Shown: piece after piece, positions 54,623 to 64,000 of the stretch
Position numbering within the stretch: position 1 is the first letter of the stretch
Layout of the letters: each line of letters begins with the position of its first letter
Source: Methanothermococcus sp. Ax23
Lineage (GTDB): Archaea; AGJL01; Methanococci; Methanococcales; Methanococcaceae
Reading direction: 5' to 3'
NCBI RefSeq assembly: GCF_049075655.1
Contig: NZ_CP157522.1
Span: forward strand, 1,152,001 to 1,216,000
Length of the DNA stretch: 64,000 nt
The notes under the pieces: generated by a model
Database searches by the model: none
What the model saw: only the letters and a program-made list of their open reading frames with translations
What the model was told of the DNA's origin: nothing
Made by a program: the position numbers and the translations under genes

Positions 54623-56356
54623 TTATTTTTTATTTTTACCCTTACCTTTCTGGATTGCGAATATCCTTTTTATATCTTCCAATGTGTTTATATCATCAAT
54701 GGATTTATCCTCTCTTATCCTAACAACTCTTGGGAATCTAAGGGCATAACCACATTCATATTTATCAGATTCCTGAATTTCTTCATAGGATACCTCTAAA
54801 ACGATTTTTGGCTCTACAATTGCTTCTCCATCTATTTCATTTATCTTAATTGATTCTATCATTTCCGTTAATCTGCCGAGTTCCTCCTCAGTCAATCCAC
54901 TTCCAACATGACCAATTGGATATAAGTTTCCTTCTTCATCCTTAACAGATATTTCAAATGAGCCATACCAATCCTTTCTCTTTCCCATGCCCATTTTTGC
55001 CCTTGTAATTACCACATCAAGGCTTTCCAATGTAGGTTTAAATTTATACATTGTTCTTACTCTACTTCCGGGCGTATATGGTGCATTTGGATTTTTAATC
55101 ATTATGCCCTCATGACCAATGTTTAAACTCCACTTATAAAACTCCATTGCTTTTTCTAAATTGTCTGTTGTTAATTTGTAGGATATATCTATTTTCTTTT
55201 TGGATTTTATTTCATTTTCTATCTTTGCTTTGTCTCTTTCCCAATCGTTTGTTCCAATTATATTTTCAAGTATTTTTCTTCTCTCTTTTAGCGGTAAATC
55301 AATTAGTGATTCATTGTAATATAATATATCAAATAAATAAACCCTTAAATTAATCTCCTCTTTCATCTTATCAATATCGTATTTTCGCCTAAATCTTCGT
55401 AATATGTCCTGAAATGGTCTTGGATGTCCAGTTTTTAGGTCAATAGCCACACATTCCCCTTCCACTATTATATTGTCCTCTTCCATGTTTTTTACTTCTT
55501 CCACTATCTCTGGAATTGAATTTGTAATATCTTCCAGTTTTCTGCTGTATATTTTAACATTTTCATCTTTTTTATGGATTTGAACCCTTGCACCATCATA
55601 TTTTGTTTCAAACTGCGGAGCTCCCATTTCAATTATGGCATCATCGATTGAAGATATAAGTTGGGCAAGCATGGGTTTAATTGGTCTAAATATTCTTAGT
55701 TTTAAATCCTCATCTTTATCAATATCTACATTTAACATCAACTTTTCCGCAATAAGCCCAATATCATTTACAACTGCATAGATTTTTTCCAATTTTTCCT
55801 TTGGAATATTAAAATATACTGAGAATGCACTTAAAATTGTTGGAACGCTCATTCCTATTCTCATATCCTCTAAAATAAGTCTTGCAAGGTATCTTCGCTC
55901 TATTGGTGAAGATTTTAAAAGTAAGCTTGAAATATGCCTTATCTTTTTTTTCTGGGAATTTGTTCCTTCAATCTCCGATATTTTTTTTAAGGTATCATAT
56001 ACATCGTCAAGTGTTGGGGGCGTTTGAAAGAGAGAAACCTGCTTTATCTCGGAGCTCAGTTTTTCAACTGCTACCCCAATATCCCCAGTTTCTTTAATGC
56101 TGTTTAATAATTTTTTTTCATTTATTCCTATGGTTTTAACTGCCTCTATCAATAGGTTTGGACCTATGCCGAGCTCCTTATTTTCATACTCTGCAAACAC
56201 TCTCCCAATGGCGATATAACATATTTTTTTCAAATCTTCTGCTGAACCCTTTTCCTTTGTTAATCTTATTAACTCAACAAAGTAGTCCATTTTTTCCAAT
56301 CTTTTTGTCGTGCTTTCTATTTTGTAAAATATATCGCATACATCTTTAAATAGCAT
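54623..56356 (-). CDS. lig: ATP-dependent DNA ligase
   Basis: KPMLAQ, ETKYDGARVQIH, EGIMIK, ALRFPR. Confidence 0.96.
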   Translation of the reverse strand: MLFKDVCDIFYKIESTTKRLEKMDYFVELIRLTKEKGSAEDLKKICYIAIGRVFAEYENKELGIGPNLLIEAVKTIGINEKKLLNSIKETGDIGVAVEKLSSEIKQVSLFQTPPTLDDVYDTLKKISEIEGTNSQKKKIRHISSLLLKSSPIERRYLARLILEDMRIGMSVPTILSAFSVYFNIPKEKLEKIYAVVNDIGLIAEKLMLNVDIDKDEDLKLRIFRPIKPMLAQLISSIDDAIIEMGAPQFETKYDGARVQIHKKDENVKIYSRKLEDITNSIPEIVEEVKNMEEDNIIVEGECVAIDLKTGHPRPFQDILRRFRRKYDIDKMKEEINLRVYLFDILYYNESLIDLPLKERRKILENIIGTNDWERDKAKIENEIKSKKKIDISYKLTTDNLEKAMEFYKWSLNIGHEGIMIKNPNAPYTPGSRVRTMYKFKPTLESLDVVITRAKMGMGKRKDWYGSFEISVKDEEGNLYPIGHVGSGLTEEELGRLTEMIESIKINEIDGEAIVEPKIVLEVSYEEIQESDKYECGYALRFPRVVRIREDKSIDDINTLEDIKRIFAIQKGKGKNKK

Positions 56357-56475
56357 TATTCCACCAGCAAAATTAAAAATAAAAATAGAATTAAATAAAA
56401 TAAAAATAATAAACTATTAACTCAAAACATAAAAAATTAGATTAAAATATCATGCTATATTTAATTATTTATTAA

Positions 56476-56802
56476 TTATTTACTTAAATTCATTATGGTG
56501 CTTAATGTATTGTTGAATTCATTAATACTGCGGTTAATCTCTTCCAAACTACCATTATCAACGGAGCTCAGATTGCCACTTAGCACATCACTACTCAGTA
56601 TCTTTTCCGTAGTATTCAGTGATTTTTCAGTAAGTTTTACGTAGTTATCTACATTAAATAGGTTAGTTATATCAGCAGTATTTTTTTGAGAATTTTGCAA
56701 TATATCGGCATACCCTGTATTTGACATAAATTTGGCAAAATACCCTAGTGTAATCAATATAATTATTAAGGTTATTATGTTTTTATAAAACTTTAACAGC
56801 AT
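56476..56802 (-). CDS. Hypothetical protein with an N-terminal membrane anchor
   Basis: Hydrophobic N-terminus; GGTGA RBS before ATG 56802. Confidence 0.55.
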   Translation of the reverse strand: MLLKFYKNIITLIIILITLGYFAKFMSNTGYADILQNSQKNTADITNLFNVDNYVKLTEKSLNTTEKILSSDVLSGNLSSVDNGSLEEINRSINEFNNTLSTIMNLSK

Positions 56803-56854
56803 AAAAATCACCAAAAATAAATTAAAAATATTTTTGATACATTTATAATTGTTG

Positions 56855-58138
56855 TTAAATTAATCTTTTTCTTACAGATTCAGCATGATTATACAACCCC
56901 TCTGCCTCTGCAAGTGTAATCACAATATCTGCTATACTTTTTAATCCTTCCTTTGTGAGCTCCTGCACAGTGGGTTTTTTTATGAATGTATCAACGCTTA
57001 AACCAGAATACATCTTTGCACATCCGCTTGTTGGCAGAACATGGTTCGTTCCGCTTGCATAGTCCCCAACTGGAACAGGAGCATAACTTCCTAAGAATAT
57101 GCTTCCAGCATTTTTTATATCTTTTAAAACTTCCCTTGGATTTTCAGTAATTATCTCCAAATGCTCTGGTGCATATTCATTTGATAATTTTATGCACTCA
57201 TCTAGCTCCCCATACACTATTGCAGAGTTTTTTAATGACTCGTTGATTATTTCTGTTCGTTTTATGTTATTTTCATTATTTATTAATTCCATGATTTTAT
57301 ATTTAATACTTTCTGCCTTTTCCTTTGATGTGGTTGTGATTATACATGAAGAATTTGGGTCGTGTTCCGCCTGAGCTAAAAAGTCCATTGCAATATATTC
57401 ATCATTTGCTGTTTCATCGCATATTATCAATACCTCAGAAGGTCCTGCTGGGAAGTCAATTGCCACATTACCATAAACCATCATTTTAGCCGCAGTTACA
57501 AAGATATTTCCCGGTCCAACGATGATATCCACTTTTGGAACTGTTTCTGTTCCATAAGCCAGAGCTCCTATTGCCTGAGCTCCTCCAATTTTATATATCT
57601 CATCAGCCTTTGCTATGTCTGATGCCACAAGTGTTGCAGGATTGCCTTCCGTCCCATTTGGTGGTGAAACCACAACAACCTTTTCCACGCCTGCAACCTT
57701 TGCAGGAACCACATTCATTAAAACAGTTGATGGATAAAATGCTCTTCCCCCGGGAACATAACATCCTGCTTTTTCTATTGGTCTTATTATCTGCCCTGCC
57801 TTTATTCCATTGTTGTTTATCTCCCATTCTTTAAGATTTTTAAACTGAATTTCGTGGAATGATTTTATATTATCGTGTGCCTTTTCAATTGCTTCTATGA
57901 TTTTATAATCTATCTTATTGTATGCCTGTTCAATTTCTTCCTTATGGACCTTAAAATCATCAATATCAACTTTATCAAACTTCTTTGTATATTCCCTTAA
58001 CGCATTATCTCCGTTATTTTTTACATTGTCCAATATTTCCTTTACAATGGGGAATATATTTTCAAGGTTCATTTTATTTCTATTGAATATTATATTTTTT
58101 TCTTCGTCTGTTAAATCGGTTATTTTTTTAATTATCAT
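56855..58138 (-). CDS. hisD: Histidinol dehydrogenase
   Basis: YVPGG, GGAQAIGALAYGTE, AGPSE, QAEHD, APEHLE, GTNHVLPT. Confidence 0.97.
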   Translation of the reverse strand: MIIKKITDLTDEEKNIIFNRNKMNLENIFPIVKEILDNVKNNGDNALREYTKKFDKVDIDDFKVHKEEIEQAYNKIDYKIIEAIEKAHDNIKSFHEIQFKNLKEWEINNNGIKAGQIIRPIEKAGCYVPGGRAFYPSTVLMNVVPAKVAGVEKVVVVSPPNGTEGNPATLVASDIAKADEIYKIGGAQAIGALAYGTETVPKVDIIVGPGNIFVTAAKMMVYGNVAIDFPAGPSEVLIICDETANDEYIAMDFLAQAEHDPNSSCIITTTSKEKAESIKYKIMELINNENNIKRTEIINESLKNSAIVYGELDECIKLSNEYAPEHLEIITENPREVLKDIKNAGSIFLGSYAPVPVGDYASGTNHVLPTSGCAKMYSGLSVDTFIKKPTVQELTKEGLKSIADIVITLAEAEGLYNHAESVRKRLI

Positions 58139-58174
58139 GTTGTTCCTCCTTATCGTGTTTTTCCTTTTTTTATT

Positions 58175-58648
58175 TTACATTACTTCTATAATGCTTATTT
58201 TCTCGCATACTCGTTTAACTAAATCATCTTCATTATTATATTCATTATTATCATCTAATCCTTTAATATTGTATGTCCTTTTTATATTTTCCATTTTTGA
58301 TGGGGTGAGCTCTAAAACTGAGTCATCAATTTCTCCACCAACAGTATTTAATAATTTATTTAGTGTTTCTTCATCTTCGCACACTATACAGATGTTTGAT
58401 TTTTTCCTTTCGTCTGGCTTTACACCGATAATTTTTATGGCATTAGATATTTGCCGTTGTGCCGATGCCCTTACAAGTATTTCCATCCAAAAGCTGTTTG
58501 TAATTGGTTTTTTTGATTTTGCCTGATTTACAGCATGAATTATATGTTTTTTTGTAGCAATTAAATCGGCATTCAGTATTTGAAATGGAAGTTTCAAATT
58601 AAATATATCGTTTATTATTTTTGCATCCCTTACTCCAACTATTATCAT
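58175..58648 (-). CDS. cgi121: KEOPS complex subunit Cgi121
   Basis: QILNADLIATKKHIIHA, MEILVRASAQRQISNAIK. Confidence 0.88.
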   Translation of the reverse strand: MIIVGVRDAKIINDIFNLKLPFQILNADLIATKKHIIHAVNQAKSKKPITNSFWMEILVRASAQRQISNAIKIIGVKPDERKKSNICIVCEDEETLNKLLNTVGGEIDDSVLELTPSKMENIKRTYNIKGLDDNNEYNNEDDLVKRVCEKISIIEVM

Positions 58649-58785
58649 TTTTTATCCCTTTAATAGGTATATCTATTTTATATCAATAATTATTATATCA
58701 TTTAACTTATAATAACTTTTTTATTTAAGTTTTTAGAATACCTAAATAACTAAAATGAAATAAAATTAAAATACATGGTGAAAAA

Positions 58786-59502
58786 ATGAAGGTAATCTTG
58801 GTTGGTGCTGGACCTGGTGATGAAGAATTAATTACATTAAAGGGACTAAATGCAATAAAAAATGCCGATGTAATTGTTTATGATGATTTAATTGGTGAAA
58901 ATCTCCTTAAATATGCAAAAGAAGGTGCAGAGTTAATATATGTTGGTAAAAGAAAGGGGAAGCACTCGCATAAGCAGGAAGAGATAAATCAAATACTTGT
59001 CGAAAAAGCGAAAGAAAATAAAACCGTAGTTAGATTAAAAGGTGGGGATTCCTTTATATTTGGAAGAGGGGGTGAAGAAATACTTGAATTGAAAAAACAC
59101 AGCATACCTTATGAATTAATCCCCGGCATTACATCATCAATAGCAGTTCCAGAAGTTGCAAATATCCCCCTAACCCATAGAAAGGTGGCAACTTCATTTA
59201 CAGTGGTTACAGGACATGAAGCAGAAGATAAGGATAAAAAACAGGTTAAATTAAGCGAATTGAATGCAGATACTATTGTAATACTCATGGGCATCACAAA
59301 CTTAAAGAACCATGTTGCCGAGCTCCTAAAAAATAGCCGCAGAAATGAAAACACACCAGTGGCCATAATTACAAACGGGACACGACCAAATCAGAAGGTA
59401 ATAAAAGGAACATTGGGAGATATTGTAAAAAAGGCAGAAGAAAACAACATTGCACCGCCGGGAATTATTGTAGTAGGGGACGTTGTAAATGTTTTGGAAT
59501 AA
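58786..59502 (+). CDS. cobA: Uroporphyrinogen-III C-methyltransferase
   Basis: LVGAGPGDEELITLKG, VRLKGGDSFIFGRGGEE, VVTGH. Confidence 0.93.
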   Translation: MKVILVGAGPGDEELITLKGLNAIKNADVIVYDDLIGENLLKYAKEGAELIYVGKRKGKHSHKQEEINQILVEKAKENKTVVRLKGGDSFIFGRGGEEILELKKHSIPYELIPGITSSIAVPEVANIPLTHRKVATSFTVVTGHEAEDKDKKQVKLSELNADTIVILMGITNLKNHVAELLKNSRRNENTPVAIITNGTRPNQKVIKGTLGDIVKKAEENNIAPPGIIVVGDVVNVLE

Positions 59503-59630
59503 TAATTTATACGATAAGAGTAATAAGATAGTGAGTGAGGAAAATAAAAAATAAAACAATAAACAAAATAAATAAAACAGAACATAAAAAAATAAAAAAA
59601 TTAATGTAAAAATGTAAAAAAGGTGAATAT

Positions 59631-60209
59631 ATGGATGAAGATTTAAAAAAGACAATAGAATTTCACGGTCATTTCTGTCCTGGTTTAGCTATGGGGTATA
59701 GAGTGGCAAAATATGTTAAAAACCACTACAAAAAATCAGAAGATGAAGAGCTCGTGGCAATAGTATATAACAACTCATGCGGTGTTGATGCAATCCAATA
59801 TTTGCTTGGATGCACATTTGGAAAGGGAAATTTAATATTTAGGGACTATGGAAAGCATGTTTATGTCTTTTATTCAAGAGAGCATAAAAAAGGTATTAGA
59901 GTTTCATTTAAAGACGAAATAAATAAGGAAATGAATAGTATGTGGGATAAATTAAAGAATGTTTCAGAAGAAGAAAGAATGGAACTTATGAAGGAATTAA
60001 AAGGTGAATGTGCTGAAAAAATATTAAACTTATCCGATGAGGAGCTCCTAAATATTAAGGAGGTGGATATTCCAGAACCTAATAAAGCCAAAATATACTC
60101 ATCCCTTAAATGTGAAGAATGTGGAGAGTATTTTATGGAAATTAAGGGAAGATTAATAGATGGAAAAGTTGTATGTATGGAATGCTTTGAAAAATTAGTC
60201 AATCAATAA
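59631..60209 (+). CDS. FmdE/FwdE-family protein with C-terminal Zn finger
   Basis: FHGHFCPGLAMG, CGVDAIQ, GCTFGKGNL, CEECGE...CMEC. Confidence 0.9.
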   Translation: MDEDLKKTIEFHGHFCPGLAMGYRVAKYVKNHYKKSEDEELVAIVYNNSCGVDAIQYLLGCTFGKGNLIFRDYGKHVYVFYSREHKKGIRVSFKDEINKEMNSMWDKLKNVSEEERMELMKELKGECAEKILNLSDEELLNIKEVDIPEPNKAKIYSSLKCEECGEYFMEIKGRLIDGKVVCMECFEKLVNQ

Positions 60210-60223
60210 ATTCAATGAAAGTA

Positions 60224-60985
60224 TTAATATAGATTTATTAATTTATTTATCATTTCATAGATTTTATTATTTTTTAATAATTTTAAGCGAATTTTGACAT
60301 CTGCTGAATTTCCCAGGGCTGACCAGAGTATGGAGTCAATATGAAGGGGAGGAATTCCTGTTTCTTTCGATATGTTATTCCAAAATTTTATTACATTGTT
60401 ATCCGTAAATCTTTTCGTGTATTTTTCTATTCTACTGTCTTTTGGTATCTCAATTTCATAAGGATATGGGATAAATTTTTTAAAGACCATCCTTGAAGCA
60501 TATCCAAACATTTTAACAGCAAATACAACAGTTTTTGATTCCTTTTTCGTGTTTAACTGCTTTGCAATACTGTCCCTAAACAGATTCATATTTAAATAAT
60601 AATTCTCTAAATCTGCAATAGATAAATCATCTAAAAATGGCTTTATTTTATTGATTCTCTTTATTTTTATGTTGTTCAGTCGTTTGTTTCCTTTTGAATT
60701 GGATAAAAATAATATATACTCTTCAAATAAATCATTTTTGTTTTTGGAGACGTTATCCCAGTTATATTCTGAAAATTCCTTCCACCAGTTTTCACCAGTG
60801 GTTGAGAGCTGATAGGATACAATGGCGTTAATTATTACCAATTTTAAAAATAATTCATCGTTGTTTAATGTTTTTTGAAGATTTTCTAAATAATGATATT
60901 GTAAATCCACATTTTCTTCAATGGTTTTTGCAGACTCTATGCCCAATTCTTTTAATATTGTTTTTAGGATACTTATATTATTCAT
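60224..60985 (-). CDS. N-glycosylase/DNA lyase, AGOG family (8-oxoguanine)
   Basis: EENVDLQY, VSYQL...GENWW, KTVVFAVKMFGY, IPKDSRI, IPPLHIDSILW. Confidence 0.85.
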   Translation of the reverse strand: MNNISILKTILKELGIESAKTIEENVDLQYHYLENLQKTLNNDELFLKLVIINAIVSYQLSTTGENWWKEFSEYNWDNVSKNKNDLFEEYILFLSNSKGNKRLNNIKIKRINKIKPFLDDLSIADLENYYLNMNLFRDSIAKQLNTKKESKTVVFAVKMFGYASRMVFKKFIPYPYEIEIPKDSRIEKYTKRFTDNNVIKFWNNISKETGIPPLHIDSILWSALGNSADVKIRLKLLKNNKIYEMINKLINLY

Positions 60986-61129
60986 ATTATCACATCAATA
61001 TACTATAAATATAACTAAAAAATATAACTATTTATGTTATATATTATCCAATTTTAATCATTATTTTCATTTTCATTATTTAATGTATATTATAATTTAA
61101 ATAACCCAAATAATTTAAAGGTGTAGAGT

Positions 61130-62779
61130 ATGGCAGTTAAGGTCAAAAATTTATCTAAAAATTACGGTAAAAAAAAGGTGCTCGATAATATTAGTTTTGA
61201 AGCTAAAAAAGGAGAAGTATTAGGGATAATCGGTAAATCAGGTGCAGGGAAATCCACACTGATTAGAATTTTAAGAGGGACCGATAAGGAATACAGCGGC
61301 GAGATTGAAATTTGCGGTAGAACCGATAATTTTAGGGAAATTACTGCGATACATTTACAAAGGAACTTTGCACTATGGGCTGAACCTGCAATATACAACA
61401 TAATAAGGAAATTATATGCCATAAGAAACAATTCCGACGAATCCCTACCTATGGAAGATGAATGGGAAGAATACGAAAAAACCGCAATAGAGATTTTGAA
61501 ATTAGTTGGATTGGAGCATAAAAAGGAAGCATTTTCAAACATACTCAGCGGTGGAGAGAAACAGAGGTTAATATTGGGAAGGCAGATAGCTAAAATATAC
61601 GAAAAAGGAGAAGGAGTTTTACTACTTGATGAACCAGCTACAATGTCATGTCCAGCTTCAAAACAGATTTTGTTAGATGTTTTAAAAAATATCAATGAAA
61701 AATTAAATATTACAATGGTAATCACATCCCATCTTCCAGAAATTCACGAATACCTATGCGATAGATGTATTCTTTTAGAAGAAGGAGTTATAAAATTGGA
61801 GGGGGAACCAAAAGAAGTAATTAATGAATTTTTGAGAGATATGGAAGAACCATATGTTAGAAAAACCACTCCAAATGACAAGAATATTATAAGTGTAAAT
61901 AATGTATCCAAAAGATATTTTGTTGTGCATGGTGGAGAAACCCTTAATATGAAGGATGTTTCCTTTAATGTGAAAGAGGGCGAGATATTATCTATTATTG
62001 GACCAAGTGGAACTGGAAAATCCGTTCTTTTAAGACTTCTCGGCGGTGTTGAATCCCCTGACAAAGGAAATATAATTGTTGATGGAATAGATTTAAACGA
62101 CTATGGATGGGAAAGAGTAAATTTAAGAAGAAGAATGGGAATTATGCATCAGGAGTTTTCATTAACTCACTATCTACCTGTTGAGGATATGCTAAAATAT
62201 AGACTTGGAATTAAAGGGGAAAAAGCGGTGGCAAATGCAAAATTAAAATCCCAAGAGCTCGGCATATCTCCAAAAGTTGTAGATGCCATCTATCAGTTGA
62301 TTGACCTTCCAGAACAGGAAATGAAAAACAAACTTGGAAAATTGGGCATATCTGAGGATGTAGTAAAAATGCTCTTCCCTGCTGTTGTGGATGAGTTCCA
62401 TCCAAAAGATGTCCTTAGAGCTCTTGACTTGGATGAGGAGATTTTGAAGAAAACACCATTGGAACTAAGCGGCGGTGAAAAGGTAAGGGTTGCTCTTGCA
62501 TTGCAGCTTATAACAAAACCTAAAATTTTATTACTTGATGAGCCATTTGGTGATTTAGACCCGATTACACTTAGGGATGTTTCAAACTATCTTAAAAAGA
62601 TAAATGATGAGTTTGGAACTACTATGGTATTGATAAGCCACCATATCCAGCTAATTAAAGAAATAAGCGACAGAGCAATATTAATAGATGAGGGAAAAAT
62701 AATAATGGATGGAAAGCCAGAAGATGTCTGCAATACATTTATTGAAAGAAGCAATTCAAAGTTTTCACTTACGAAGTAA
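61130..62779 (+). CDS. Dual-domain ABC ATPase related to methyl-CoM reductase component A2 (AtwA paralog)
   Basis: GKSGAGKST and GPSGTGKS, two LSGGEK signatures, no TM segments, AIHLQRNFALW. Confidence 0.8.
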   Translation: MAVKVKNLSKNYGKKKVLDNISFEAKKGEVLGIIGKSGAGKSTLIRILRGTDKEYSGEIEICGRTDNFREITAIHLQRNFALWAEPAIYNIIRKLYAIRNNSDESLPMEDEWEEYEKTAIEILKLVGLEHKKEAFSNILSGGEKQRLILGRQIAKIYEKGEGVLLLDEPATMSCPASKQILLDVLKNINEKLNITMVITSHLPEIHEYLCDRCILLEEGVIKLEGEPKEVINEFLRDMEEPYVRKTTPNDKNIISVNNVSKRYFVVHGGETLNMKDVSFNVKEGEILSIIGPSGTGKSVLLRLLGGVESPDKGNIIVDGIDLNDYGWERVNLRRRMGIMHQEFSLTHYLPVEDMLKYRLGIKGEKAVANAKLKSQELGISPKVVDAIYQLIDLPEQEMKNKLGKLGISEDVVKMLFPAVVDEFHPKDVLRALDLDEEILKKTPLELSGGEKVRVALALQLITKPKILLLDEPFGDLDPITLRDVSNYLKKINDEFGTTMVLISHHIQLIKEISDRAILIDEGKIIMDGKPEDVCNTFIERSNSKFSLTK

Positions 62780-62808
62780 GTGAGCAACGAAAACCGTAAG
62801 GTTTTCGT
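62765..62808. repeat. Two adjacent perfect hairpins overlapping the stop codon of the ABC ATPase gene
   Basis: TCACTTAC-GAA-GTAAGTGA (62765-62783) and ACGAAAACC-GTAA-GGTTTTCGT (62787-62808). Confidence 0.7.
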
Positions 62809-62894
62809 CTAATTGAGTAAATAAAGGAAATAACCTTTATTTTTTTATATTTTTATTAGTATATTATTTATTTTATCATAATAGGGTGATTTTA

Positions 62895-64000
62895 TTGATA
62901 GAGATTGATAAAAGGGCATACAATTCTATTTTAAATTTTTCAAGAATTATCTACAAAAATGCAGTATTAAATAAAGAGGATTTGCCAGATAAGGAGCAGA
63001 TAATAAAATTATATTATAAAAATAAATTTGTAGCTAAGGCAATATATGATAGCGGAGCTCCGACAATTAAAATACTAACTCTAAAAGATGAAGAGATAAA
63101 CAAGGACTTTTTTTACAATAGAATAAAAAAAGCTAAGGAATATAGGGAGTATATATTGAATTATAAAGATACATACAGGATGATATATGCAGAGGCGGAT
63201 TGTTTGCCTTCAATCATACTTGATAAGTATAACAACATAGCATCAATGCAGGTGTCTTCAAAAGTTATGGAAAAATACATTCCTATTATATTTGAATGTT
63301 TAAATGAACTTACTGATATCAATACACTCTATGTTCAAAGTGCAAAAAAAGGAAGTAAAATAAAATCAAAAATATATGGAGATAAAAACAATATTGAAAC
63401 CATAATAAATGAAGGAAATGCGAAAATTAAGGTAAATTTAAAGGGACATAAAACTGGATTCTTCTTAGACCAAAGAGAAAATAGGATAGATTTAGAGAAT
63501 TATGTTAAAAAAGGAGATAAAGTTTTAGATATTTGTTGTTATACTGGTGGTTTTTCTGTCCATTGTGGCATAAAAGGGGCGGAAGTCGTAGGAGTTGATA
63601 TGTCAGATAAGGCGTTGGAGGTTGCAGAGGAAAATATGGAACTGAATAATATAAAGAATTATAACTTCATTGTAGGAAATGCCTTTGATGTAATGAGGAA
63701 AATGATTGATAAAAACGAAAAATTCGATATTGTAATTTTAGACCCGCCGGCTTTTACAAAATCGTCAAAGGATGTTAAAAATGCGTTGAAGGCATACAGC
63801 ACAATGAATTACTTAGGATTAAAACTTGCAAAGAGGATGTTTATCACATGTTCCTGTTCTCACCATATCGATAGAGAGATGTTTAAAAACATGGTGGTCT
63901 CTTCTTCATTAAGGGCTAAAAAAGAAATTAGGCAAATTGGAGGATACAGAACTCAATCCCCCGACCATATAATAACAATGGCGAATAAAAATTTGGAGTA
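62895..64000 (+). CDS. RlmI-like class I SAM-dependent rRNA methyltransferase (runs off the window)
   Basis: Manual translation from TTG 62895 after a GGTGA RBS: GHKTGFFLDQRENR, VLDICCYTGGF, VILDPPAF, TCSCSH. Confidence 0.9.
   Translation, partial: MIEIDKRAYNSILNFSRIIYKNAVLNKEDLPDKEQIIKLYYKNKFVAKAIYDSGAPTIKILTLKDEEINKDFFYNRIKKAKEYREYILNYKDTYRMIYAEADCLPSIILDKYNNIASMQVSSKVMEKYIPIIFECLNELTDINTLYVQSAKKGSKIKSKIYGDKNNIETIINEGNAKIKVNLKGHKTGFFLDQRENRIDLENYVKKGDKVLDICCYTGGFSVHCGIKGAEVVGVDMSDKALEVAEENMELNNIKNYNFIVGNAFDVMRKMIDKNEKFDIVILDPPAFTKSSKDVKNALKAYSTMNYLGLKLAKRMFITCSCSHHIDREMFKNMVVSSSLRAKKEIRQIGGYRTQSPDHIITMANKNLE

Overview
AT-rich (about 30% GC, estimated) archaeal chromosome segment from a Methanococcales methanogen, probably Methanothermococcus-like (GGTGA ribosome-binding sites, mch, methanogenesis markers 12 and 14, split carB, radA, smc). 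Most of it is housekeeping: cobamide, pyrimidine/purine/His, mevalonate entry and DNA repair genes. Accessory elements are: (i) a ~255-bp IS200/IS605-type remnant that keeps both end hairpins and a TnpB omegaRNA-like sequence but no protein gene; (ii) a 42-repeat CRISPR array with an IS inserted at its oldest spacer; (iii) a second, single-spacer CRISPR locus with a near-identical leader; no cas genes are in the window; (iv) an IS5-like element inside the thiolase/HMG-CoA synthase/DUF35 cluster; (v) topA with two LAGLIDADG inteins; (vi) a type III restriction-modification pair. The most striking unexplained signal is the palindrome GAGCTC, which I counted by eye about 87 times against about 4 expected. 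It occurs in different reading frames and between genes, and is almost absent from the type III R-M genes, both IS elements and the second intein, resembling the cyanobacterial HIP1 phenomenon. All calls come from reading the sequence; no searches were run.
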